Below are positions 35,325 through 46,711 of a DNA stretch of 64,000 nt, in pieces (the stretch's first letter is position 1; each line of letters starts with the position of its first letter). The notes beneath the pieces were generated by a model that made no database searches, had not been told where the DNA came from, and saw only the letters and a program-made list of their open reading frames with translations. This stretch comes from Azolla caroliniana (Eukaryota; Plantae; Polypodiophyta): assembly GCA_043228905.1 (NCBI GenBank), contig JBHGNT010000005.1, forward strand, positions 14,136,001 through 14,200,000, in the 5' to 3' direction. The position numbers and the translations under genes were made by a program.

Positions 35325-38304
35325 CTGTTTGAATCAGAGTTATGATGTGTATATATCCAGATCATGTTTGAATCAGAGTTAGTTTCGTTAGTTAGTCAAT
35401 CATGTAACTTCATAGTTACCTAGATAGAATCTAGTTAGAACTGTTGACTATAACGCCTTAAATAGGGCCTTGTACAAGTGGGATATTCTAGATCCTCCAC
35501 TCCCAAGTACATTTAATATACGACTTACACCCTTGTACGTATATTCTCCTCACACATCTGCACCCTTGCACATGAGATCTATATATACCTCATTGTGGGT
35601 ATTTTTGTATTTGATGATGATAAGGCTAATTTAATATAGAGTTAATCATCCCCCATCTTGTGTTGCTCATAAGTGTACTTCTCTCTCTCTTCCTCTCAGA
35701 CATACACACACATATCATTTAATCTTCTGCTTAACTTAATCACATAAGTAGGTACTAATTAAACCTTGCTTAATTACCTAATTATTAACATGGTATCAAA
35801 ACGTGTGGTTGAGCATATCCGCCTCTTCATATTTGTGTGTTCGAAACACCAACGACAAATTCCGGCTATCCGCTACTGTAGTGCTGCTACGTAGCACGAG
35901 TACGTGATCGAAGGAAGAAAAGCAAAATGGAAGACACTACATCAAAATGAACACACAAATGTGTAGCTTGCTCTCTAGTGAGAAGCTACACCAGAGCAAT
36001 TATTCATCTTGGGATTACAAGATGACCCAGTACCTTGTCGGCCAAGGGTATTGGAGCTACATTAACGATGCACAAGAAAATCGACACGACTCAAAGAACG
36101 ATGATTACACAACATGGGAGCAAGCAACGAGTTGAGTCATGTATTGCTTGGCAACATGTGTCCACGAGTTCATGCTTAGCCACATTCAAGATGTCAAGAC
36201 GCCTAAAGAAGCTTGGGCGAACTTAAAGAAAATGTTCGTCGCCAACACGATCGCCCGAAAGCTTCAACTCCGACAAGACTTGAACAACATTCGGCAAAAA
36301 GACATGTCTATGTCGAACCACACCACCAAGATCAAGAGCATTTGCGACTCACTAGGCTCTGTCAAAATAAACGTCAACGAAGACGAGATGGTTCAAGTAT
36401 GCTTGAGCGGCCTCACACAACGATTCGACTCGTTGAGGAAGACAATCTAGGCTAGGGAAAATCATCCTTCGTTCTTCAACCTTCAATCAATGCTAATGTT
36501 GAAGAGAACCACGTCCAAACCAAAACCAAGACATTAGAAGGAGAAATGTTCTTCTCGAGTTTGGATGGTGGCCAAGGACGAGGTCGAGGCGGTAGAAGAG
36601 CTCGATTCGACCCATCACACAAAGTGAACTCAAACCTTCGACAACAAGATGGAAGCCATCAAGGAACCTTCGGAAGAAGCGGGAGCTTTCATACTGAACA
36701 AGGTCGGCAAATGATGCCCGCAACTTGCTACTATTCTGGAAAAATCAGCCACCGCAAGGAGGAGTGCCGAAAAAGTAGAAGCGAGTCGTCTTTGACAAGT
36801 CGACAACTCACAAATTACGCCGCCAACTCCGAATACGACGACTACAACGGACTATTCATAATGAGGCATAGAGTGAACTCTTTGTCGGCCTCCGACTCCG
36901 CAAGAACCTCCAACTTAGAAGACGCATGGTTCGTCAATTCCAGCACCTCACATCATATGACGTCACACCAAGAGTGGTTTTGTGACTTACGAACGCCGGA
37001 CCAACCCGACTTCATAGAGACGGGAGACGACACCACACATCTCATTTGGCACATTGGCAATGTCCCATTCGGGAAAGAAGGCGAGGAAACTTGCATCAAG
37101 AATGTCTTGCATGTGCCCACAATAACGAAGAATTTGGTCTCCGTCGGCCAAATCGTGGAGCAAGGCATGCAAGTCTGCTTCATCGAGAAAGATGGCCAAC
37201 TCATAGCTAAGGGGTGGAGAGATGGCCGAATGTTCATTCTCAATTTGAACAAGGTGAAATCGGCAATGTACGCTAAAGGTCTCAAAACCGAGACAAGCAT
37301 CAAGTTGTGGCACAAGAGAATCGGCCACATAAACCTCCAATGGCTCCAAGCTATGCAATCAAAGGGAGTCGTCATTAGACTTCTGACATTCGAGTCGAAA
37401 CGAGGCGGCCAATTATGCGAAATGGGTCAACTCGGCAAACAACATTGATTCCCATTCCCGAAAGAGAGACAAGCGAGCAAAGGCCTCCTCGACATCATAC
37501 ACTCGTATGTATGGGGACCGGCTCAAACACCAATGATCAGTGGATGCCGATTCTACGTCACCTTCATTGGCGACTACTCGCGCTATGCGTGGATCTTCCT
37601 AATGAAGAAGAAGAGTGAAGTATTCTCGCATTTCCAAAAGCTTAGGCCCAAGTCAAAAAAGAAACTGGTCGGCACATTCTATGCCTACGATCAGATGGAG
37701 GCAAGGAGTACTTCTCCAATCAATTCACCTCCTACCTCCAACGTGAAGGCATTCATAGAGAATTCTCGTGCCGACTCACACCCCAACAAAATGGAGTAGC
37801 CGAAAGGAAGAATCGGCAAATACTCGAGGTTGCATGTGCCATGATGCATGAGAAGCACATGCCGAATTTCTATTGGGCCAAAGTGGCATCCACGGTCGTC
37901 TATCTCATGAATTGATGCACCACTAATGGAGTGCATGAGCTAACTCCATACAAGCTTCTCATTGGAAGGAAGCCGATCCTGTTGCACCTCAAGGTGCTCA
38001 GAAGCATTGCGAATGTACGCATCCCGAATGAACAATGATAGAAGCCCGATGCGAAGTCGGAGGAATCTATCCAATAGGATACTCGTCCGAGAAGTAGGCA
38101 TACAAGTGCTACGACCCTTCTACCCAAGCGGTTCGGGTAAAGTCGAGACGTATTCTTCGACGAGTCCGCATCATGGTACGCACCAGAGACAACTTCGACT
38201 CTGAATCCGTCGAACAAGAGGTAGAAGATGGAGATCGCTTCGAACACATGTTCGAAGAAAGTCTGATTACGGCAAGGCCTAGTGGGCCACAAGAGCCCCT
38301 GCGC

Positions 38305-41300
38305 TGTCGTGCCTATCGGCTCCGGATCGTTTGCGTGAGTCGGGTGGGAACCACTGGGGTTTTGGACTAGGAAGAAGAGAGTTTTAAGGCTAATAAGAAT
38401 ATAAATATGTTGTAAGAAAGAGTTATAGCAAACTCGTGAATCCCACGAGTGTATTGTATTAGATTAATCAATATGAATATAAGAATATAAACTTCGGTTG
38501 AAAGAGAATGATATAGAATTCTCGTGAATCCCACGAGTATAGTTTATTAATTGGTGTTTTTTAGAAACATATCTAGTTTCCAAATATTTTTCACACACAA
38601 TTACATTGTGCTTCCCATCCTTATGTAGTGATGAGGAAGTCTTAGTAATCCATGCTTTTTCTCTAACTATAGACCCCATGCTTTTCCTATAGATAGACTA
38701 TATGCTTTATCTAAAGTGATCATGCTTTTTTCTAACTTGTGCGTTTTTTATCATGCACGCTAGATGTGTATGTGTAGCTTTTTCTTTTGTTATGCGTTTT
38801 TCTAATGTTTATCCTAGCGTGAATTTACCTTTCTATGTGGGACATCTATGCTTTAACACTAATGAAATGCTAGTGTAATGGTAAGACATTACATTATTAA
38901 CATGGAGGTGCAAGGTTCGAATCTTGCCCTATGCATGTTCCATTTATTTTGCTATTTTCTTCTATTTCTTCATTTTTTATTGAATCTAATACTATATACG
39001 TTTTTCACGTAGTGTACAAAATACACTACGACACTCACCCCCTCCAAACCCGCACATCCTCCGGTATGTGCCGAAGTTGTTGGTGTTTGTTAGTCTCCTC
39101 CGTCCGGTCTCTACCCGATTGGTTTCGTTGCCGGCTCGTAGTACCCTCGACTTCTCTAGTTATGTTGACTTTGTCTCTCCATTTGGAGCACATCCATTCT
39201 TTCCACCCGAACCATTGTCGACATCCGATCCACCATAGTCTTCGTTCGCTTTTTGCATGGCCCGCTTGGTCCTTGTCATCCGCGGTAGTATCTTTTCTTG
39301 CCCTCTTTCTTTTCTTCATCAATCTCGACTTCTTTTCGGATTTTCGGTTTAGTCGGATTAGCTTACTTCCGATTCGGTCTCGTCGGATCGTCTTTCGTTT
39401 AGTTCGGCTTCCTTTCCGATTTGTATTCGGTCGATCCGGACTCGGTTGATCGGTTTTTACCGATTCAGTGCTCTTTCGGGTCGGTTGCTTTTCTTTTCTT
39501 TTCGTCCGGATTTGCTTTCTTTTCTTCGTTTTCACCTGCCTTGTCCTGTTCGACTTTCGGCACTTCTTTCCGTTGTTCGCTACGTAGGTCCTCCGATATG
39601 TGCTCGTTGTTCGGTCCTCGTGTGGTTGTAATGCATGCTTCTTTTCTCGCCATAGCGCGTGCTTCTTTATTCGCCATAACACGCGTTTCTTTATTCGCCG
39701 TAGAGCGTGCTCTGTATTACGCGCTTCTCCCGTCGTAGACCCGACCTCCGCATTGTCGCACTTTCTTTTAGATTAGAATTTCGGATGGATCATTTTCCAT
39801 CCGAACCGACTTCCGACTTTACCTTCCTCGCCGCCATCTCCCGTCTCTCCGGTCTCACGTTGGTTCTCGGACACAACCGCCGAAGTCTCTAGATATTGTT
39901 GGCATGAATCCTCGGTATTACCTTCTTTCGTAGTTTCACCCTTAGCATTCTTCTCAGCTATCTCTTCATCGTATTCGTCGGCTTCGACATTCGTTTTCTC
40001 TCCGCCACCTTCCGTCTCTTCGGTCTCACGTTGCCTTTCGATCGCAACCGCCGGAGTCTCTGGAATCAGTGGTGGGGAAGTCTCGATATGGCAATCCGCC
40101 ATTGATTCGTCCATAGCCACCTCCGATTCGATTTCGTCTTTTGTGGCTACCTCCTTAATCACATCCGCTTCACACTCTTTATCTGCATCAATTATGCAAA
40201 CATCTATTATGCTTACCCCTTTTTGACCCGATGTCTCGGGCACTTGTATCCCGAAATTTCCTTCTACACTTGAATTATCGGCCTTATCCTTCGCCATCGT
40301 TCTTTCACAAGACGAGTGGGTGTCTTGTTCCACTCTTTCTCCCGTGGTACCATCATGTTGTATTTCGGCCTTCATATTGGCTTCATCGTTTTTCCTCAAT
40401 CGACCATCCTTCATGGGCCATGTCGTTGTTGACGAGATTCTCAGCTTCCTCTCATCATGTCTTCGGCATACCCTTTCGACTTTGGCCCAATCCTCGGTAA
40501 GGCCGTTCGCACCGTCATCATCTTCGAGTTCGATCCCAATGTCCATCCTTTCTTTCCGATTGATCGATCTTACGAATATTAAGACTTTATCTTCTCCCAC
40601 CAATCTTCGTTCCCGCTCCGAGAGTCGAGCAAAACGATGCTCGAACTCTAGGAACGCTTGCGTTGCACTTCGGTGAGTCTTCTCCGACGCCACCCATTCG
40701 TCGAATTCTCGTCGATCTCGTCCCGTCCATCTCTCATAGTCATATGCCTCCCGTAAAGCTTCTTCAAAGGACTCCCATGTCGAGTTTTGTTGTTGTATCT
40801 TGTGGATTCTCTCTTGTAGTTCGTCCGAGGCCACCCGACTAAAGGATATCACTTGCAATCCTTCCGGTATCCGATATTGCATCATCTCCGCCTTATATTC
40901 ACGTAGGTAGCGTGACACACCCTTACCGTTGAATTCCCCGTTTCGTCGCAGAAGCTGCTCTACTGCCGCCTTCATCTCCGACATCGCACGTTGTTCTTGT
41001 TGCATCCGCTCAAACATTATCATCATCATGTTCATCGCCTCTTGTTGATTCTCCATCTCCTTGCCACCCGCCTTCACGTCGGGTTCACCAACTTGTGTCG
41101 TGCCTTTCGGCTCCGGATCGTTTGCGTGAGTCGGGTGGGAACCGCTGGGGTTTTGGACTAGGAAGAAGAGAGTTTTAAGGCTAATAAGAATATAAATATG
41201 TTGTAAGAAAGAGTTATAGCAAACTCGTGAATCCCACGAGTGTATTGTATTAGATTAATCAATATGAATATAAGAATATAAACTTCGGTTGAAAGAGAAT

Positions 41301-41824
41301 GATATAGAATTCTCGTGAATCCCACGAGTATAGTTTATTAATTGGTGTTTTTTAGAAACATATCTAGTTTCCAAATATTTTTCACACACAATTACATTGT
41401 GCTTCCCATCCTTATGTAGTGATGAGGAAGTCTTAGTAATCCATGCTTTTTCTCTAACTATAGACCCCATGCTTTTCCTATAGATAGACTATATGCTTTA
41501 TCTAAAGTGATCATGCTTTTTTCTAACTTGTGCGTTTTTTATCATGCACGCTAGATGTGTATGTGTAGCTTTTTCTTTTGTTATGCGTTTTTCTAATGTT
41601 TATCCTAGCGTGAATTTACCTTTCTATGTGGGACATCTATGCTTTAACACTAATGAAATGCTAGTGTAATGGTAAGACATTACATTATTAACATGGAGGT
41701 GCAAGGTTCGAATCTTGCCCTATGCATGTTCCATTTATTTTGCTATTTTCTTCTATTTCTTCATTTTTTATTGAATCTAATACTATATACGTTTTTCACG
41801 TAGTGTACAAAATACACTACGACA
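38305..41824 (-). mobile_element. Young non-autonomous gag-only LTR retrotransposon (3520 bp); LTRs 38305-39033 and 41096-41824; tRNA-Trp PBS; TSD GCGC
   Basis: LTRs are near-identical (I see 2 differences by eye). PBS TGGTGAACCCGACGTGA lies 5 nt from the 5' LTR and is complementary to the plant tRNA-Trp 3' end. PPT GGAGGGGGTGAG. No pol motifs. Confidence 0.93.
39773..41077 (-). CDS. Gag-like protein with an acidic low-complexity C-terminal half (first ATG ~41056)
   Basis: Uninterrupted 434-codon ORF immediately after the PBS; FNGKGVSRYLREY...WESFEEALREAY resembles a retrotransposon gag capsid. Confidence 0.7.
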   Translation of the reverse strand: MKAGGKEMENQQEAMNMMMIMFERMQQEQRAMSEMKAAVEQLLRRNGEFNGKGVSRYLREYKAEMMQYRIPEGLQVISFSRVASDELQERIHKIQQQNSTWESFEEALREAYDYERWTGRDRREFDEWVASEKTHRSATQAFLEFEHRFARLSERERRLVGEDKVLIFVRSINRKERMDIGIELEDDDGANGLTEDWAKVERVCRRHDERKLRISSTTTWPMKDGRLRKNDEANMKAEIQHDGTTGERVEQDTHSSCERTMAKDKADNSSVEGNFGIQVPETSGQKGVSIIDVCIIDADKECEADVIKEVATKDEIESEVAMDESMADCHIETSPPLIPETPAVAIERQRETEETEGGGEKTNVEADEYDEEIAEKNAKGETTKEGNTEDSCQQYLETSAVVSENQRETGETGDGGEEGKVGSRFGWKMIHPKF

Positions 41825-42140
41825 GCGCAACCCAAGCACGTCGCGGCCAAGTACAACCTTGGACAAAGGCAAAGGTAACATGCCTGAATACGAAGTCGAC
41901 CACCCCGACGACATTGATTCGGATGTGTCGACTCCCTCACTAAACAGTGTGTTTGGTGTACCCATCATGCAGACACCCGGAGTAAAGGCTCACATCGGCG
42001 AGCGAAAAACTTCGACGCTCTTCTAGAGAGAAGAATCTCGTCACTCGGCTCGGTTACAACAAGTACATGGCCCATCACTATGTCTTCGCAACGAAGGTAG
42101 CGGCTGAACAAGAGCCCAAGAGCTCCACCGAAGCGGCTCG

Positions 42141-42343
42141 TATACGACTTCACGCTTACAAAAGCTAGACGTTTAAGCAAGTCAACAATAGATATAATAA
42201 AAGAAAAATTACGAGGTCTCCAAGGAGGCTCAAGTCGAAGGCAAACGAGATCTGTTGCATATAATCTAGAGTCACACCATTTGGTTTATGATGAAGATAA
42301 TGCATTGATTGGTACATCCGAGGATGACGAGGATGAATCATAA
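42141..42343 (+). pseudogene. C-terminal remnant of a second gene of the TIR element (candidate transposase)
   Basis: Stop-free frame YDFTLTKARRLSKSTIDIIKEKLRG...EDDEDES* runs from the copia deletion breakpoint toward the right TIR. Its identity is not recognisable. Confidence 0.45.
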
Positions 42344-42760
42344 TTGTATATTAGTTATAGTAGTGATTCTCCGTAAAGTAGTGATCATGAATTTATTTTT
42401 GGCTATTAAGTGGAACTACCTTCCACTTGTAACAAATTGAGTAATATAAAAGCATGTGTTTTGAATTGATTTGATTCCTATGAATATCGCTTCTTATAAA
42501 AAACATTGGTTGTAAAGTTTATGAAATAAATTAAACCCTAAACGTTTTGAAATTCCTCTTTTTTTATTTATTTTAAAATCACGAAATTGGTGGATTTTCA
42601 ACCTTTTTCATAGTATATTTGAGAATGTATGATATTGGTATCAATGTGTTTTGTAATATCACTGAAAAAGTACTAAAATCAAACGGAATATTCCTTACCC
42701 TTCCATTTATGCGCGATCCTTCCACTTGTGAGCGCGAACGTGTTGTGTCTGTTTCATCTC

Positions 42761-42811
<51 letters not shown>

Positions 42812-45215
42812 ATATAATTGGCCTGTGTTGCCATGTAATCGATTATATTTAATAATCAATAGACATACTTTTTGGGTCATCTCTGTGTCTGTTTCATCTT
42901 AATCTGTACTTTTGATTCTGTTATTCCTAAGATATAAGCGAAAAGCCGGTTGTGGCTGACTATCGTGCAACTGTTCAGCCTACTCGACCTATTGTAGTCA
43001 TCTACGCAACCACGATCCCTTCACCCGATTACTCCCCTGAGTAATCGAAGGTGTTTCTCTAAGAAGGAGACAACACAATTTGGCACACCTGGTTAACGTT
43101 GTGAGATCGCAACAAACAGTGCGTAGGAGGAAGATTAGTCGCCATAACGGCGCCCAACTGCGGTATACGTTTTCGGCCACAAACCTTGAGAAACAGAATC
43201 ACTATAAGAGAGGAGGTACAATAAAGAACTCGGAAGCAACTGTTGTCCGCCTGAATAGTAACCGACGGACAAGAGCGCAGGAATACGGAATAGTATAATA
43301 TTGTAACGCATGTAACGGTTCACGCGGGAAGCGTGAACGGCTAAAAGACCCTGCGTATATAAAGGGCAGAAAACCTTTGATAGAGGGAGTGCGTAATTTT
43401 GAATGTAAGAGGCGTATCGTAATAGAATTCTATCTTCTCTGATATCTGTGTGTAGCTACGACTAATCTATTGTGTGTCTATAACACCTCAGAGCGTAGGA
43501 GTAAGTAACAATGTGTGTGTTAGCCCACTGTCAATGGAGCTCGGTTGTAGCCATCTTCCTTCTACACTGCTAGGTTATGGGGAATATCCCACTAAGTATT
43601 ACGCACAGACGCTACCATTCGTTGTCACACAGTCACTTGGAGGTCTAGGTCGAAGGATTGACCGTAGACCGTGTTTCTAGTCAATAACACTTTTGGCACG
43701 CTTAGTGATCTGTGTCTTCTTATAGACAAACAATGATGAATGGATGTTTAGCCGCAGACACCCCAGAGAACCAACACGACCAGACCGGCCAATCACAAGG
43801 TCCATCACATACCAGGTAGAGGAACACGCACGGTAGAAGCCTTGCCTCAGCGACCTCAACACTACCTGTCGTGATCACAAAGGTGATTTCCCGCTCTCCA
43901 AATACCTTGACGATATGTGGGGAGCATGCTCATCACAACAACACTGTGGTCTTCCACGGCCCGCCGTAGCCCCCAGCATGGCCTTTGCCTATCCCCGTTT
44001 TAACGGCAAAACTGACACCGCAACTCACATTCGCCTGTTCCTCAATGTATGGAATGCAAACCACATGGCGCAGAGCCTTTTGAGACGGTAGCGCACCAGT
44101 CCAAAATGACGGAGTTCGGGTCAACATTGGATGGGTGAGCGACGTTTTGGCATTCACAGATGAATCTACAGCAATCACGCCCTTCGACCAACTGCAGTCC
44201 GCCTTTTTGCGCTTCTTCCATCGGAGGGTTCCACAACGCGAAATCCTCGGACTGTTCTACACAATTAAGTAGTTGCCGACCGAGACGATCACAGACATCA
44301 GCTTACATTTCCAAAATTTACGACGGAAACTCGAACGGGCCCCCGCGGAGGATGAGGCTCGGGAGACATTTCTGGCGGTATTACGCCGACCCATACAGAC
44401 AACGCTCAACAACAATAGCGTGAAAGGGGAGACGGCGGATATGGTCATCGAACGAGCGTTACAGCTTGAGCTGGACAACGAAGAGGAAAGGTTTTCTATG
44501 TCCTCATTACGACAAGCGTCACCTCAGGACGAGGAACGACAGTTTCATCAAGCAATCCAGCGCACGATTTGCTTGAACTCGGGGCATTCCGCAATGGAGT
44601 GCAACATGCGAATCCACTGTTCAATCTGTCACTCGAAGGCTCACACAGTCGAACAATGAGAATACAATATATGCTGAACAGAGCTGCTCCCACAATACGC
44701 AGCATAGAGACACAGCTTCCCCCACACCGTCCTGAACAAAGGAGGCAAGAAGACTGACCACGGTATATGGCTCGCAACCCACGTGACGATCGGCACTACC
44801 GGAATCACCGGAATCACAATGATTCCGAGGAAGACGAGCCAGAGGATGAGGACTACCGTAGTCCCCCTCGATATGCTAAAGGGGGCCGACGCTATGAGAA
44901 TCACCGGCCGACAAACAAACGTGGCGGCTTCAATGGATCTCGTGGAAAGCAATGACAATATCGGGACCACCGGCGATATGACGAAAGCACGCACGAAGAG
45001 CGGCACCAAGAACCATGCCGGGGCCAACAGCAACCACCGCGTATGCTCCGACAAAAGAGGCCGGACCGTGAGGAGCAAGTCGCATCGGGGGATCGACACG
45101 CACCACTAGGCGCCGAGAAGGGCGAATCGAGCATCCATTGTTTTTTTTGTCAGCAACCCGAACATTATGCCACGCAATGCCCAGTACGCAAGGGCAAGGG
45201 GCCCGCCGTCAATAC

Positions 45216-45970
45216 TGATAGGGTGTTTAAGACAAAGAGTAATCTTACACTATATGAGGGCTTGAACAAACTGATAAGATGGAGTTATGACTCATAATAT
45301 ATTATATAGATCAAGAGAGACTCAAGAAATTAAGAAAAAAAGATAGAGAAGATGAGAAAGAGATAAGATTGTTATGATATTCCAATATCAAGACAATACA
45401 AAGGAGATAAACTCCACATTCAACTAAGAAACCAAAGACCTTCTTACTACCAATCACTCAAAAACCATAATTAAGACCCTTCCTCTTTCACTACGATTTC
45501 TCTTCCTAAGACTCCCTCTCCTCTATTAGGATCCTCTCCCTATTAGTTCTTTTGTCTAAGACTATCACTTCCTCTTTTATAATTTTCTTCTTCTTCCTCG
45601 TTCACGCTATTTTTAGAAGCTTTTTATCTCCTATTTTTAGCTAAGACCCAACAACCTTCTAATCTTCATATCTCCTTCCTCAAAGCTCCGAATTTAGTGA
45701 TTTAAAATGCTATACATAGCTCTCTTTACAAGATTTCTAACCCATATTTAAACGTGATATTTGGGTGAAAAACGAAGGAGTTGTGACCATTCCTTTTTTA
45801 CTGTTTTTTATGGTCCGCTTTTTCTCTTTTTACTTTTCTGTTGGTCTCTTACTTTTACTTTTGACTTCTTCCTAAGATCTTAGTTCGTGTTCTTATCCTC
45901 CAAATGTGAATTATCCATACTTTATATCCATCTAGTGTTCAATGGTTTGAATTCAAAAAACACTTTCACA
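45216..45970. mobile_element. Solo LTR with TSD AATAC
   Basis: TGATAGGGTGTT...AACACTTTCACA, with AATAC on both sides; the host gag frame resumes afterwards. Confidence 0.85.
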
Positions 45971-46711
45971 AATACGATTATGGCGGAAGTGCAGCAAGTC
46001 ATGACACGCCAGCAAACAAAAACGGCTGATTTGGCCGCGCAAGATGAGATATGACGACAAGCCCAGGCATGGGTTGAGAAAGAAAACACGACAAATACGA
46101 AACGCATGCGGAAGGAGTCCGCAAAAAAAATGGGGCTAGTGGAGGACAAAGGACCGGCCCCGAACCCAATTTGGCAAGCACTAGCGGGTTGCAAGATAAC
46201 GTTAACCATGGAGAAGCTGCTGCAACTAGTCCCACGCTTCCGCCAGACCATGGAAGAACTGGTGACAGGCATACCCAGGGTGAGCATTGCTACGAATCTC
46301 ACGGACATTAGCGACGAACCGTCTATAGTGGATCACCATAACCTGGCTATTACATTGATATTACACGGTTAGGAAATCCCAGGATGCGTAATCGATGGCG
46401 GCTCGGGCGTTAATGTAATTAGCACAAAAACAAGGGAGCAGTTAGGTATTTCAGAATGGGAGGCTTGCCCGTTCTGGCTCCGTATGGGAGATACCCGCTT
46501 AGTATGACCATTGGGGTTGATATGCAAGGTCGGCATTACCGTAGGAGGACATCGCTTCGACATTTCGGCGGTAGTCCTCACCCTGGACACCCCAGGGGCA
46601 TACCCTATGCTATTGGGCAGACCGTGGCTTCGTGCAACAAATATCAAGCAGATTTGGCAACACAAGTGTATCAGTTTCCGACACGGACACACCAAGGTTC
46701 GTGTACCTACG

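Larger units (their letters stand above)
35326..42140 (+). mobile_element. Ty1/copia 5' half (LTR ending at 35790, PBS, gag, protease, integrase) nested in the TIR element; 3' part deleted
   Basis: ...TTAACA|TGGTATCA PBS at 35791; gag EKLHQSNYSSWDYKM, ARKLQLRQ; WFVNSSTSHHMT; LWHKRIGH. Resumes after 41824 (YMAHHY...EP) and stops at ~42140. The LTR start is uncertain. Confidence 0.88.
30281..42744. mobile_element. TIR DNA transposon of unrecognised superfamily carrying a ParB-methyltransferase gene; contains nested LTR elements at ~35326-42140
   Basis: TIR AACACGTTCGCGTTCACAAGTGGAAGGATCG (30281-) and CGATCCTTCCACTTGTGAGCGCGAACGTGTT (-42744); TSD GTGT; empty-site duplicate at ~42790-42900. Confidence 0.88.

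Noticed and set aside
39035-39682. 215-aa basic ORF and overlapping antisense ORFs
   Set aside because: Purine-rich low-complexity 3' region of the retroelement with no recognisable domain.
43638-43655. tRNA-Gln PBS (TGGAGGTC...) for the 42951 gypsy
   Set aside because: Only ~7-8 nt match, too short to assign.
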